Shown one piece after another: positions 9,459-20,231 of a stretch of DNA of 64,000 nt (the first letter of the stretch is position 1; each line of letters opens with the position of its first letter). A program made the translations under genes and the position numbers. The stretch comes from Dysgonamonadaceae bacterium (GTDB taxonomy: Bacteria; Bacteroidota; Bacteroidia; Bacteroidales; Azobacteroidaceae). Under the pieces are notes generated by a model. It had not been told where the DNA came from and made no database searches. It saw only the letters and a program-made list of their open reading frames with translations. The stretch covers positions 122,210 through 186,209 of the forward strand of contig JAIRKO010000039.1 in NCBI GenBank assembly GCA_031260045.1. The letters run 5' to 3'.

Positions 9459-10901
9459 TCAATGATGTTTTACTGCATCAAGCCTCAAAAAGATAAAAAG
9501 GAGGATGGTAAAAGCGCAAATGGAAGAACCTCCATAGCTGAAAAACGGTAAAGGAATACCGATTACCGGCATAATACCAATCACCATCCCGATATTGACG
9601 GCAAGATGAAATGTAAGTATCGAAGCCACCGAATAGCCGTAAATCCTGCTGAATGGCGAGCGTTGCCTTTCCGCAAGAAAAACCAGCCTGATTATCAAAG
9701 TCAAAAACATCAATAATACAATTGTGGTGCCAAAAAAACCTCTCTCCTCGCCGATTGTACAAAAAATAAAATCGGTATCCTGTTCGGGAACGTATTTTAA
9801 TTTGGTTTGCGTTCCGTTCAAATAGCCTTTCCCGAAAAATCCGCCCGAACCAATGGCTATCTTGGATTGATTGACATTATATCCTGCGCCGCCGGGGTCG
9901 TCAATCATACCCAAAGCCACTTTGACGCGCGTTTGCTGGTAGGGTTCCAACACTTCGTTGAAAACATAATCCACCGAATACAAATAAATAATTGAGAATA
10001 AGGCAAAAAGAATGACATACAAATATCGTGAAGCCCTGAACCGGATGTAATTTACCAAAACAACGAGAATGGTAAGAATTAAAATGCCCAGAGTAACTCG
10101 GCACAAATTAAATTCCACAAAAAACGAGGCGACGACGCTGAGTGACAACAGTCCCCCAAAAAAGTAAACAATAACTTTTGAAGTCGGACGCCCTTTTTTA
10201 TAACTAAACAGCATGATGAAAACGAAAAGGAGCGTCAAAACCAAGTTAACATACTCGCTCAAAGGCGTTATACCCCAATAAAGTTCATCCAATTTAAGGG
10301 CGACCAAAAAATATAAAATGGTACAAATACCCATAAAAATAATCGTTCCGGGCATTCCTTCGCGATACAGCACAATGAAAAAAGCTAAAAAAACCAAGGC
10401 GGAACCCGTTTCTTTTTGCAGCAAAATCAAACACAAGGGCAAAAAAATCAAGAACAATGCGCCCCAAAAATTTCTCGGTCTCATCAAATCGAACCGATAC
10501 CCGTTCATAAATCGAGCAAGCGCCAAAGCCGTCGCAAACTTAGCAAACTCAGCGGGTTGCAGGCGAAACGACCCCATAACCAACCACGAACGCGAACCTT
10601 TTATATCGGGGGCGACAAAAATAGTTAGAACTAACAGGAAAATCAGGAAAATATAAGTCCAGTAGGCAAAAATGTCGTAAAAATTATTTTCAATCAGCAG
10701 CAGCGAAAAGCCTATCGCTACGGAAAGAGTAATCCAAACCATCTGTACACCGGCGCGTCCCGACAAGTCGAAAATCGAACCGTGGTCGAAATCGTAGCCT
10801 GCCGCATAAATAGTGAACCAACCGGAAACGACCATCAGAACATAAATGGAGACGGTTGTCCAGTCCAAACTATTCCATATCCTGTTTTTGAGGTAAACCA
10901 T
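9459..10901 (-). CDS. rodA: Rod shape-determining protein RodA
   Basis: QPAEFAK, PEQDTDFIF and PFFSYGGSS SEDS motifs; downstream of mrdA. Confidence 0.95.
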   Translation of the reverse strand: MVYLKNRIWNSLDWTTVSIYVLMVVSGWFTIYAAGYDFDHGSIFDLSGRAGVQMVWITLSVAIGFSLLLIENNFYDIFAYWTYIFLIFLLVLTIFVAPDIKGSRSWLVMGSFRLQPAEFAKFATALALARFMNGYRFDLMRPRNFWGALFLIFLPLCLILLQKETGSALVFLAFFIVLYREGMPGTIIFMGICTILYFLVALKLDELYWGITPLSEYVNLVLTLLFVFIMLFSYKKGRPTSKVIVYFFGGLLSLSVVASFFVEFNLCRVTLGILILTILVVLVNYIRFRASRYLYVILFALFSIIYLYSVDYVFNEVLEPYQQTRVKVALGMIDDPGGAGYNVNQSKIAIGSGGFFGKGYLNGTQTKLKYVPEQDTDFIFCTIGEERGFFGTTIVLLMFLTLIIRLVFLAERQRSPFSRIYGYSVASILTFHLAVNIGMVIGIMPVIGIPLPFFSYGGSSICAFTILLFIFLRLDAVKHH

Positions 10902-12732
10902 TTCTTAAAATTACTGTGTTTTTTAAACTTTCTTCCATCCATTTGTCCGCTTCGGCAATCTCTCCGTTCAAGTATTTTTCCAACATCAATCTTGCGATGG
11001 GAAGCGCATTTGTGGCGCCAAAACCGCCGTTTTCGACCAAAACGGAAATTGCCACTTTCGGATCGTCTTTCGGAGCGAACGCCATAAAAATGGAGTGGTC
11101 TTTCCCTTTATTTTGAGCGGTTCCGGTTTTCCCGCACACTTCAACATTCGGGAGATTTACCCTGTAACAAGTTCCGCCGGTTACTGCTTTGCGCATCCCG
11201 TCTATAACCGCTCCATAATGTTGGGAAGCAATCCCTGTATATCTCCTGTTTACATAAGCTGTATCCAAATTCATATCCCGGATTTTTTTCACCACATGCG
11301 GCGTGTAATAATATCCTCTGTTGGCGATAGTTGCCGCTAAATTACAGATTTGCAAGGGCGTTTCTTCTATTTCCCCCTGCCCGATTGAAATTGAAATAAC
11401 CGTAAACGGATTCCATCGGGAATAAATTTTGCTGTAAAACCGTCCGTTAGGAATTCGTCCCCGCTTTTCATCGGGCAAATCCACTCCCAAAGGATAGCCA
11501 AACCCTTGACTCACCATCAAATCGCGCCATCTATCCATCGCATTTTCAATCGAACCGTATTTTTTACTTTCCAGCATGGTTTTCAATCCCCAACAAAAAT
11601 AGGAATTGCAGGAAGTTCCGAGTGCGTCGACCAAAGCCAAAGGCGAACCGTGCGGGTGGCATTTCGGGCGACCTCCGCCGGGCGGCCATCCATAGTAGCA
11701 GGAATAAGCCGTTGTGGGCTGAATAATCTCTTCTTCCAAAAAAGCCAATGCTTGTGCCGGTTTGAAAGTTGAACCGGGCGGATAGGTTCCATTCAACGCC
11801 CTGTTTATCAAAGGCGTATAAATATCTTTTGTGAGGCTGTTAAAATTCTCGCCGAATTGCCGCCCTACGAGAATAGAGGGGTCGTAAGTGGGTGAAGAAA
11901 CCATGCATAAAACCTCGCCGGTTTTCGGCTCTATCATGATGATACTTCCTAACTTGTTGGACATCAGCATTTCGCCGTATACTTGCAAGTCAATGTCAAT
12001 CGAAAGCGTCAGGTCTTTTCCCGGAATCGGGTCTTGGTCATGGGTTCCTTCGTCGTATTTTCCTTTGATGCGCCCATGAGCGTCGCGCAGCAAAATTTCC
12101 ACGCCTTTCGTTCCCCGCAAATAAGTTTCGTAATGTTTTTCAACGCCCGTTTTTCCGATATAATCGCCGCGAACATAATAATTGTCGTCCGCCAAGTTTT
12201 GTTTGTCGGCTTCGGCAATATATCCCAAAACATGGGCGGCATTGGGATAATTGTATTTCCTAATGGTTTTGTTTTGCAAATAAAATCCGGGAAATTTATA
12301 GATGGATTCTTGAAAAATACCGTATTCTTTAATACCTAATTGAGTGAGAAGAGTTTGCGGCGTATAAGAAGAATAGCCCGGATTTAATTTCCGGTTTTTC
12401 ATATCGTTCCATTTTTTTTTGAAATACTCCTTACTAATATTAACGGCGCGACAAAGAGCTAAGGTATCGAATTCTTTGGTTTCCCTGACGACAACCATCA
12501 CATCGTATGACTGCTGATTGTAAACCAACAGTTTATTATTCCGGTCGTATATCACACCCCGGGGCGGATACTGTTTCTTATTCAGAAACGCATTGGAATT
12601 CGCCCACTCCTTATAATTATTATCAAGTACTTGTAATGCAAAAAGTTGTATGATATAAACCAAACCCAAAATACAGATGCCATAGACGATGACCATTTTT
12701 CTTCTTTCGGCGTCGAAATTTTCTCTACTCAT
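10870..12732 (-). CDS. mrdA: Penicillin-binding protein 2
   Basis: PGSTFK, SCN and KTGTAQ transpeptidase motifs; mre operon context. Confidence 0.95.
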   Translation of the reverse strand: MSRENFDAERRKMVIVYGICILGLVYIIQLFALQVLDNNYKEWANSNAFLNKKQYPPRGVIYDRNNKLLVYNQQSYDVMVVVRETKEFDTLALCRAVNISKEYFKKKWNDMKNRKLNPGYSSYTPQTLLTQLGIKEYGIFQESIYKFPGFYLQNKTIRKYNYPNAAHVLGYIAEADKQNLADDNYYVRGDYIGKTGVEKHYETYLRGTKGVEILLRDAHGRIKGKYDEGTHDQDPIPGKDLTLSIDIDLQVYGEMLMSNKLGSIIMIEPKTGEVLCMVSSPTYDPSILVGRQFGENFNSLTKDIYTPLINRALNGTYPPGSTFKPAQALAFLEEEIIQPTTAYSCYYGWPPGGGRPKCHPHGSPLALVDALGTSCNSYFCWGLKTMLESKKYGSIENAMDRWRDLMVSQGFGYPLGVDLPDEKRGRIPNGRFYSKIYSRWNPFTVISISIGQGEIEETPLQICNLAATIANRGYYYTPHVVKKIRDMNLDTAYVNRRYTGIASQHYGAVIDGMRKAVTGGTCYRVNLPNVEVCGKTGTAQNKGKDHSIFMAFAPKDDPKVAISVLVENGGFGATNALPIARLMLEKYLNGEIAEADKWMEESLKNTVILRNGLPQKQDME

Positions 12733-12735
12733 TAC

Positions 12736-13248
12736 TCATTCTTTGAATCCCTTGACATTTATACTTTCAATAGCACAAATAAGCAAAACCGTCAAAATAA
12801 AACTGCCCAAAATCCGCAATATCAATCTTAGAGGATCAAACAAAGTAAACGACTCTATTAAATGCAAAATCACAACATGAATTAAAGTCATTGTTCCGAC
12901 ATAACGCACAAACATGAAATTTGCCAATGTCTGAAACGACGGCACATAATCTTCATAAATATCTCTTGATGCAAATAGTTTTAATAAATAAAACCTTAAA
13001 AATCCGACAATTACCATCACCGACATGTTCAAACCCAACGTAGAACCAAACAGGTCGATAACCAAACCCATTAACGCCGACAGCACCAGCACGATATTTC
13101 GGTTCATTTTAACCGGCAACCGCAAGGTAAAATCAAGATACACAAAAGACGTGGCAACGCCAAACACATGGATATTGTTGAACAACCACACCTGCAATAA
13201 TACAAGGAGAATAAACAAAAGGAATTGCCAAATTGCCATTTTACTCAT
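12736..13248 (-). CDS. mreD: Rod shape-determining protein MreD
   Basis: Hydrophobic protein between mreC and mrdA; ATG at 13248 preferred. Confidence 0.85.
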   Translation of the reverse strand: MSKMAIWQFLLFILLVLLQVWLFNNIHVFGVATSFVYLDFTLRLPVKMNRNIVLVLSALMGLVIDLFGSTLGLNMSVMVIVGFLRFYLLKLFASRDIYEDYVPSFQTLANFMFVRYVGTMTLIHVVILHLIESFTLFDPLRLILRILGSFILTVLLICAIESINVKGFKE

Positions 13249-14095
13249 CGTTTTCTCCTTTCTCAATATTTAATTGCTCTTCTTTCGCTGCGTTTGTTAC
13301 AATCAACACTTCGCTTAACGCGCTGAAGTTAGTAAATAGCCTTATTTTCAACGAATTATAGTTATCTCCTTTTTTCTTAAAAGTATCTTCCACCGTTCCC
13401 ACAAGCACGCCTTCCGGGAAAATCGTAGAAAATCCGCTGGTTATAATCGTATCGCCGATGTTGAAATCCGCATGTTGCGGCACCTCTTTCAGGGAAATAT
13501 AGCGAGAATCCTTTCCGTCCCACGATAAAGTTCCGAAATAATCCGTGCCTTTGATTTTACAACTCGGTTGATATTTAGGATTTAAAATCGGTATTACTCT
13601 TGCAAAATGAGGCGAAACGTTCACTACAACCCCCACAATTCCATTCGACGACAGGACGCCCATATCTTCTTTCAATCCGGCTAAAGCGCCCTTATTCAGG
13701 GTAATATAATTATTTCCCATTCGCGAAATTTGATTATTCACAACTTGCGCCTGAATAAAATCGAAAGCATTCAAATAAACGCTTTCATGTTTACGCGCAT
13801 CCATTGGATAAACAAGCTCCGATAAAGTTTCCACTTCTTTTTTATAATCCCTCACTTCATGCTCAAGCACGGCAATTCGCTGCATAAGATCGGAATTAAT
13901 CGTTTTCAAATTCATGTACGATTCAACGCTGTTGGAAACCATATAAACCTTGCCTGCCATTTCCTGAAAAGCCGACAAATATTTGCTCCTCTGAAACTCA
14001 TTATTATATATGAGTAAATAAAAAGAACAAAAAGCCAGCAAAGAAAACAGCAGCCAATGGATATTTTTTAGGATGAAAAGGACTAAATTTCTCAA
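13241..14095 (-). CDS. mreC: Rod shape-determining protein MreC (TTG start)
   Basis: N-terminal TM, coiled coil, GIVGVV and TSGFSTIFPEG. Confidence 0.92.
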   Translation of the reverse strand: MRNLVLFILKNIHWLLFSLLAFCSFYLLIYNNEFQRSKYLSAFQEMAGKVYMVSNSVESYMNLKTINSDLMQRIAVLEHEVRDYKKEVETLSELVYPMDARKHESVYLNAFDFIQAQVVNNQISRMGNNYITLNKGALAGLKEDMGVLSSNGIVGVVVNVSPHFARVIPILNPKYQPSCKIKGTDYFGTLSWDGKDSRYISLKEVPQHADFNIGDTIITSGFSTIFPEGVLVGTVEDTFKKKGDNYNSLKIRLFTNFSALSEVLIVTNAAKEEQLNIEKGENDE

Positions 14096-14096
14096 T

Positions 14097-15116
14097 TTAT
14101 CGTATCAGGAAGTTAAATTTATTAATATTTTTCAAAGCCACACCCGTTCCTTTGGCTACCGCGTGAAGCGGATCGTCGGCAATATGGAACGGAATATTAA
14201 TCTTATCCGTTAATCGCCTGTCCAATCCTTTCAACAATGCGCCGCCGCCGGCAAGATAAATTCCGTTACGAACAATATCGGCATACAATTCGGGAGGCGT
14301 ACTTTCCAAAGCAGCCAAAACAGCCATTTCTATTTTGGAAACGGATTTATCAATGCAATGGGCGATTTCCTGATAGGAAACGGGAACTTCCATCGGTAAA
14401 GCCGTCATCCGGTTGGGACCATATACAACGTAATCTTCTGGGGGGTCGTCGAGGTGAACCAACGCCGATCCGACATTGATTTTAATCAATTCAGCCGATC
14501 GTTCGCCGATGCGCATGTTATGCTGGCGTCCCATGTATTCGATAATATCCTGCGTCAAATCGTCGCCCGCAATGCGGATGGATTTATTTGAAACAATGCC
14601 GCCCAAAGAAATAATCGCAATTTCGGTCGTCCCTCCACCTATATCCACCACCATGTTTCCGTCCGGCGCCTCAACGTCCAATCCGATGCCCATGGCGGCA
14701 GCCATCGGCTCATAAATCATATAGACGTCCCGCCCGCCGGCATGTTCCGCCGAGTCGCGAACGGCGCGGATTTCCACTTCCGTACTTCCCGAAGGAATAC
14801 AGACCACAATTCTCAACGAAGGCGAGAAAAAGTTGTTTTTACTACTCACCATTTTAATTAAGCCGCGTATCATTTGTTCGGCGGCATTAAAATCGGCTAT
14901 CACTCCATCGCGGAGCGGACGAATCGTTTTGATTTTTGTCGGCGTTTTACCTTCCATCTGCTGCGCCTTTTTGCCGATAGCCAAAATTCTATCGCTACGG
15001 TCGTCCAAAGCCACAACAGACGGCTCATCAACTACAATTTTACCATTGCTGATGATAATTGTATTTGCCGTCCCTAAATCCATTGCAATTTCTTGCGTAA
15101 AAGTAAATAATCCCAT
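14097..15116 (-). CDS. mreB: Actin-like MreB
   Basis: DLGTANT, DIGGGTTE, GGGALL. Confidence 0.97.
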   Translation of the reverse strand: MGLFTFTQEIAMDLGTANTIIISNGKIVVDEPSVVALDDRSDRILAIGKKAQQMEGKTPTKIKTIRPLRDGVIADFNAAEQMIRGLIKMVSSKNNFFSPSLRIVVCIPSGSTEVEIRAVRDSAEHAGGRDVYMIYEPMAAAMGIGLDVEAPDGNMVVDIGGGTTEIAIISLGGIVSNKSIRIAGDDLTQDIIEYMGRQHNMRIGERSAELIKINVGSALVHLDDPPEDYVVYGPNRMTALPMEVPVSYQEIAHCIDKSVSKIEMAVLAALESTPPELYADIVRNGIYLAGGGALLKGLDRRLTDKINIPFHIADDPLHAVAKGTGVALKNINKFNFLIR

Positions 15117-15126
15117 AATAATATTT

Positions 15127-16650
15127 TTAATGTTTGAAATGGCGAATTCCGGTCATCATCATCGCCATATTATGAGTGTCACAATATTCTATTGATAAAT
15201 TATCCTTAATGGAGCCTCCGGGCTGAATAACAGCCGTAATTCCCTCATTGCCTGCGATTTCAACGCAATCGGGGAATGGAAAAAAAGCGTCGGAAGCCAA
15301 AACGGCTCCTTTTAAATTAAAGCCAAAGGATTTTGCTTTTCCAATGGCTTGTTTGAGCGCATCAACACGGGAAGTTTGTCCCGTCCCGCTTGCGCAAAGT
15401 TGTTTGTTTTTCGCCAAAACAATGGCATTGGATTTGGTATGTTTCACCAATTTATTGGCAAACAACAAATCGTTTATTTCATCGCTTTCGGGCGCTTTTC
15501 GCGTGGCGGTTTTCAAATCGGCTGCTGTTTGGATACTCAGGTCTTTATCCTGCGCCAGCACTCCGTTCAACAACGAACGGAATTGAAGTTTTGCCTGCGG
15601 ATTGTTTTTTTGAATAAGAATAATCCGGTTCTTTTTTTGCATCAGGATTTCCAAAGCAACCGTATCGTAATCGGGAGCGATAATTACTTCAAAGAAAATT
15701 TTGTTAATTTCTTCCGCCGACTCTTTGTCAATGGGCGTATTGCAAATCAAAATACCCCCGAAAGCTGAAACCGGATCAGCAGCCAAAGCCGCTTTCCACG
15801 CATCTTTTACCGTCGAACGGGAAGCAATTCCGCACGCATTGTTGTGTTTCAGCACGGCGAAAGTCAGCTCGTCAAATTCCGAAATAAGGGAAACGGCGGC
15901 TTCGATGTCCAATAAATTATTGTAAGAAATTTCTTTTCCTTGTAATTGTTCAAACAAGGCTTCAAAATCGCCGTAGAAAATTCCCTTTTGATGGGGATTT
16001 TCCCCATAACGCAGAATTTTGGCATTCTCTTCGGCAAAGCGGAAATACGAACTTTCGCCTGCATCGAAATAATTAAATATCGCCGTATCATAGCTGGAAG
16101 AAACCGCAAAAGCCTCTTTGGCAAACCATTTGCGCTCTTCGAGGGTAGAAATCGCCCCGTTTTCCGACAAAAGATTGTCCAACGGAGTATATTGATCTTT
16201 GGAGGCAATAATAATTACATCTTTAAAATTTTTGGCAGCCGCCCTAATCAGGGAAATGCCGCCTATATCTATTTTTTCGATGATTTCTTCTTCTCCGGCA
16301 TCCGAAGCGAGGGTTTCGCGGAAAGGATACAAATCGACAATCACCAAATCAATATCGGGAATGTCGTATTGTGCGGTTTGTTGGCGGTCGGATTCGTTTT
16401 CCCGGCGGCTCAAAATACCGCCGAATATTTTGGGATGTAAGGTTTTGACCCGTCCGCCCAAAATTGAAGGATAGCCTGTCAGATCTTCGACCGAAGTGCA
16501 GGGGTAGCCCAACGATTCGATAAATTCTTTTGTACCTCCGGTGGAAAAGAACGTAACATCCGCGTCATTTAGTTTTTTTAATATGCCATCCAAGCTATCT
16601 TTATGAAAGACAGAGATTAAAGCATTCTTAATTCTTTTCGGATCCGACAT
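15127..16650 (-). CDS. purH: Bifunctional AICAR transformylase / IMP cyclohydrolase
   Basis: GGRVKTLHP, LRYGENPHQ, KHNNACG, SDAFFPF, RHFKH; -7 box at 16690-16697. Confidence 0.97.
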   Translation of the reverse strand: MSDPKRIKNALISVFHKDSLDGILKKLNDADVTFFSTGGTKEFIESLGYPCTSVEDLTGYPSILGGRVKTLHPKIFGGILSRRENESDRQQTAQYDIPDIDLVIVDLYPFRETLASDAGEEEIIEKIDIGGISLIRAAAKNFKDVIIIASKDQYTPLDNLLSENGAISTLEERKWFAKEAFAVSSSYDTAIFNYFDAGESSYFRFAEENAKILRYGENPHQKGIFYGDFEALFEQLQGKEISYNNLLDIEAAVSLISEFDELTFAVLKHNNACGIASRSTVKDAWKAALAADPVSAFGGILICNTPIDKESAEEINKIFFEVIIAPDYDTVALEILMQKKNRIILIQKNNPQAKLQFRSLLNGVLAQDKDLSIQTAADLKTATRKAPESDEINDLLFANKLVKHTKSNAIVLAKNKQLCASGTGQTSRVDALKQAIGKAKSFGFNLKGAVLASDAFFPFPDCVEIAGNEGITAVIQPGGSIKDNLSIEYCDTHNMAMMMTGIRHFKH

Positions 16651-16844
16651 CTGTTAACCTAAATTTAACACTAAATTTAATTTCGATTGCAAAATTAAAC
16701 ATTTAGTTTGAAATAACAAAACAAAAACAAAGTTAATCAGGGAGAAGCGCGGAAAATAAAAAAACTCGTCGGTTATCAACAATCGTGGAACAAACTTCAT
16801 TATCATTGAGTATTCAGACATTATTGAATATTATGACTTTCTGC

Positions 16845-16915
16845 GCGAACCGCGAATCGGTGAAGCAATCCAGAGAATTACGCAGCGGTTTGCTCTGGAT
16901 TGCTTCAGGCTTTGC
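16845..16915. repeat. REP/MITE-like palindromic element
   Basis: CGAACCGCGAATCGGTGAAGCAATCCAGAG...CTCTGGATTGCTTCAGGC. Confidence 0.8.
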
Positions 16916-16967
16916 ATCTCCTAAAAAATAAATCCTGTTAATTTGTCGCTCCGAGAGAGCAACCGTT

Positions 16968-17007
16968 TGCCGAAATGTCAGTTCCGATTAATCGGCATAT
17001 TTTTTGC
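16968..17007 (+). promoter_or_regulatory. Putative sigma54 (-24/-12) promoter of htpG with upstream TGCCG-N3-TGTCA site
   Basis: CGGCATATTTTTTGC has GG(16994-5)-N10-GC(17006-7); TGCCGAAATGTCA at 16968-16980; no exact TAnnTTTG found here. Confidence 0.55.
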
Positions 17008-17048
17008 AAATACTTACACAAAGAAAACATTTAAAACTAAAATATTAT

Positions 17049-18929
17049 ATGAGTACACAAAATCAACAAAAGCAAACCGGTCATATCGGCGTTACGACCG
17101 AAAACATTTTCCCGATTATCAAAAAGTTTTTGTACAGCGACCACGAAATATTCCTTCGCGAATTGGTTTCCAACGCGGTCGACGCCACCCAAAAACTGAA
17201 AACCCTTGCCTCTGTCGGCGAATTTAAAAGCGAAACCGGCGATTTGGCAGTTCACGTCAGTTTGGACGAGAAGAACAAAACGCTGAAAATTTCCGATCGG
17301 GGCGTCGGCATGACAGCCGAAGAAATTGAAAAATACATCAACCAAATCGCTTTTTCAAGCGCCAACGATTTCCTCGACAAATACAAGAAAGACGCCAATT
17401 CGATTATCGGTCATTTCGGGTTGGGTTTTTACTCGGCTTTTATGGTGTCGAAAAAAGTGGAAATTATCACCAAATCGTGGAAAGACGGCGCTTCGGCAAT
17501 GAAATGGGAATGCGACGGATCGCCCGAATACACGATGACCGAAACAGAAAAAGACGATTGGGGAACCGACATTATCCTGTATATTGACGATGAAAACAAA
17601 GAATTTCTCGAAAAATCAAAAATCGAATTTTTACTGAAAAAATATTGTCGTTTCTTGCCCGTCCCCATTGTCTTCGGCAAAAAAACCGAATGGAAAGACG
17701 GCAAATCCGGCGAAACCGGCGAAGACAACATCATTAATGACGCCAACCCCGCGTGGACGCGCAAACCGGCTGAACTGACCGACGAGGATTACATCAAATT
17801 TTACAGAGAATTGTATCCTTTCGGCGACGACCCGCTGTTTTGGATTCACCTCAATGTGGATTATCCCTTCAATCTCACGGGCATCCTCTATTTCCCGAAA
17901 GTGAAAAGCGGCATTGAATTGCAAAAAAACAAAATCCAACTCTACTGCAATCAGGTGTATGTTACCGACTCGGTGGAAGGGATTGTTCCCGAATTTCTTA
18001 CGCTCCTGCACGGGGTTATCGACTCGCCGGATATTCCTTTGAACGTTTCCCGTTCCTACCTGCAAAGCGACGGCAATGTGAAGAAAATATCCACTTACAT
18101 CACCAAAAAAGTGGCTGACCGATTGGATGAAATTTTCAAAAACGACCGGACGCAGTTTGAAGAAAAATGGGATAGCCTGAAAATTTTTATCGAATTCGGC
18201 ATCATCACCGATGAAAAATTCTACGAAAAAGCATCCGAATTTGTGCTGCTCAAAGACGTGGAAGATAAATTTTATACCCTGAACGAATACAAATCCCTGA
18301 TTGAAGCCGACCAAACCGACAAAGACGGCAACGTGATTTACCTCTACACAACCGGCAAAGACGAACAATACGCCTATATCGCCGAAGCCAAAGAGAAGGG
18401 TTACAGCGTATTGGTGATGGACGGACAGTTGGATGTGCATTTCGTCAACAAACTGGAACAGCATTTTGAAAAATCGCGTTTCGTCCGCGTGGACAGCGAC
18501 ATAATCGACAATTTAATCAAGAAAAGCGACAGTCAGGAAGTTAAAATGACCGACGAAGAACGCAACGCTTTGGTCGAACTGTTCAAATCGGCGATTTCGC
18601 CTGTCGAAAAAACCGATTTTATTGTTGGTTTTGAACATTTGGGCGAAAAGGGAAATCCCGTAACCATTACCCAAAACGAGTTTATGCGCCGCATGAAAGA
18701 AATGGCGGAAATGCAAGGCGGCATGAGCTTTTACGGCGACATGTCCGCATCCTACAATTTGACGGTCAATTTGGATTATCCTTTGGTTAAACAAGCGATT
18801 GAGGATAAGGAAAATTCAAAAGACACGATCGGACAAATGGTCGATTTGGCGCTGTTGGCAAACGGCTTGCTGAAAGGCGAAGCCCTGAGTAAATTCGTGA
18901 AGCGCAGTTTGGATATGATAAACAAGTAA
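17049..18929 (+). CDS. htpG: Chaperone HtpG (Hsp90)
   Basis: IFLRELVSNAVDA, DRGVGM, IGHFGLGFYSAF, DIPLNVSR. Confidence 0.97.
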   Translation: MSTQNQQKQTGHIGVTTENIFPIIKKFLYSDHEIFLRELVSNAVDATQKLKTLASVGEFKSETGDLAVHVSLDEKNKTLKISDRGVGMTAEEIEKYINQIAFSSANDFLDKYKKDANSIIGHFGLGFYSAFMVSKKVEIITKSWKDGASAMKWECDGSPEYTMTETEKDDWGTDIILYIDDENKEFLEKSKIEFLLKKYCRFLPVPIVFGKKTEWKDGKSGETGEDNIINDANPAWTRKPAELTDEDYIKFYRELYPFGDDPLFWIHLNVDYPFNLTGILYFPKVKSGIELQKNKIQLYCNQVYVTDSVEGIVPEFLTLLHGVIDSPDIPLNVSRSYLQSDGNVKKISTYITKKVADRLDEIFKNDRTQFEEKWDSLKIFIEFGIITDEKFYEKASEFVLLKDVEDKFYTLNEYKSLIEADQTDKDGNVIYLYTTGKDEQYAYIAEAKEKGYSVLVMDGQLDVHFVNKLEQHFEKSRFVRVDSDIIDNLIKKSDSQEVKMTDEERNALVELFKSAISPVEKTDFIVGFEHLGEKGNPVTITQNEFMRRMKEMAEMQGGMSFYGDMSASYNLTVNLDYPLVKQAIEDKENSKDTIGQMVDLALLANGLLKGEALSKFVKRSLDMINK

Positions 18930-18953
18930 AATGTGGTATATATTTATCAGGGT

Positions 18954-18991
18954 AAAAAAACGGGGCTACCGAAAAGGCAACCCCGTTTTTT
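18954..18991. terminator. Bidirectional intrinsic terminator between convergent htpG and cysK
   Basis: AAAAAAA-CGGGGCTACC-GAAA-AGGCAACCCCG-TTTTTT. Confidence 0.8.
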
Positions 18992-19024
18992 ATATTTAAA
19001 GAAAGATAGATTTACACGTTATTT

Positions 19025-19972
19025 TCAAAGCGGATATTCGTCAAAAGCAAACAAAACGGTCGATAAATACCTTTCGCCCGTATCGGGGAGAATAGCGACA
19101 ATCGTTTTGCCGTCGTTACCCTTGCGTTTCGCCACTTGAACGGCGGCGTAAGCGGCAGCGCCGGAAGAAATTCCGACCAGCAAGCCTTCCTGCTTTGCCA
19201 GTTCGCGACTGGTGCGGATTGCGTCGTCGTTGCCAACGGTAACAATTTCGTCCACCACAGCCGGATTGAAAGTTTTGGGAACAAATCCCGCGCCGATACC
19301 TTGTATTTTATGCGGTCCCGGTTTCCCGCCCGAAAGTACGGGCGAATCCGCCGGTTCCACCGCAATGATTTGTATTTTCGGGTTGTGCTTTTTCAATATT
19401 TCCCCAACTCCGCTAACCGTTCCGCCGGTTCCGACCCCTGAAACAAAAATGTCGATTTTCCCGTCGGTGTCCCTCAAGATTTCCTGCGCCGTCGTTTTTT
19501 TATGCACTTCCGGATTGGCAGGGTTTTCAAATTGTTGCAGCAATACGGCATTCGGATTGTTTTCTTTCAATTCGATGGCTTTCGCAATCGCGCCTTTCAT
19601 ACCGTCTGCGCCGGGCGTCAGCACCAAATTGGCGCCCAAAGCTTTCAGGAGGTTGCGGCGTTCGATGCTCATCGTTTCAGGCATCGTCAATGTCAGCCGG
19701 TAACCTTTGGAGGCGCTCACAAAAGCCAGCCCAATACCGGTATTACCGCTCGTAGGTTCAATAAGTTCGCTTCCTTGTTTGAGGACGCCTTTCACTTCGG
19801 CGTCTTCAATCATCGACAGGGCAATGCGGTCTTTCACGCTTGAAGCGGGGTTAAACGCCTCTATTTTCCCGATTACACGCGCTTTCAGCCCATGTGTTTT
19901 GTTAAAATTGGAGAACTCCAGCAACGGAGTATTTCCAATTAATTCCGTTAAATTTTTTGCAATTTTTGCCAT
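19025..19972 (-). CDS. cysK: Cysteine synthase A
   Basis: [35 protein letters not shown]. Confidence 0.97.
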   Translation of the reverse strand: MAKIAKNLTELIGNTPLLEFSNFNKTHGLKARVIGKIEAFNPASSVKDRIALSMIEDAEVKGVLKQGSELIEPTSGNTGIGLAFVSASKGYRLTLTMPETMSIERRNLLKALGANLVLTPGADGMKGAIAKAIELKENNPNAVLLQQFENPANPEVHKKTTAQEILRDTDGKIDIFVSGVGTGGTVSGVGEILKKHNPKIQIIAVEPADSPVLSGGKPGPHKIQGIGAGFVPKTFNPAVVDEIVTVGNDDAIRTSRELAKQEGLLVGISSGAAAYAAVQVAKRKGNDGKTIVAILPDTGERYLSTVLFAFDEYPL

Positions 19973-20015
19973 TTCTTTATTCTTTATATTTTAGTTTAAT
20001 TAGAAATTTTCGGAA

Positions 20016-20064
20016 CAAAAGTAATATTTTTTTGCGATATAAGCAATACCATAAATGAGGTATT
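20016..20064 (-). promoter_or_regulatory. cysK -7 box plus upstream AATACC-N8-GGTATT palindrome
   Basis: TACTTTTG on the minus strand at 20016-20023; AATACC ATAAATGA GGTATT at 20045-20064. Confidence 0.65.
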
Positions 20065-20095
20065 TTGGGATTGGATTTGTTGCGCTTGCGATGGT

Positions 20096-20208
20096 GCGAG
20101 CGCGGGATGACGGGAACAGCAGGCGCAAAAAAGGCGAAGCAGTGAAGCAATCCAGATTGCGTTATGGTTTTCTCTGGATTGCTTCAGGCTTCGCCTTCGC
20201 AATGACGG
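20096..20208. repeat. Composite REP-like element
   Basis: CGCGGGATGACGGGAACAGC module plus GAAGCAATCCAG...CTGGATTGCTTCAGGCTTCGCCTTCGCAATGACG. Confidence 0.78.
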
Positions 20209-20231
20209 CGATTCATAACCGTCGGGCTTAA

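Noticed and set aside
19996-20202. Small ORFs over intergenic repeats (also 25121-25336, 36919-37137, 49136-49408)
   Set aside because: They are translations of REP-like palindromes with no evidence of coding.
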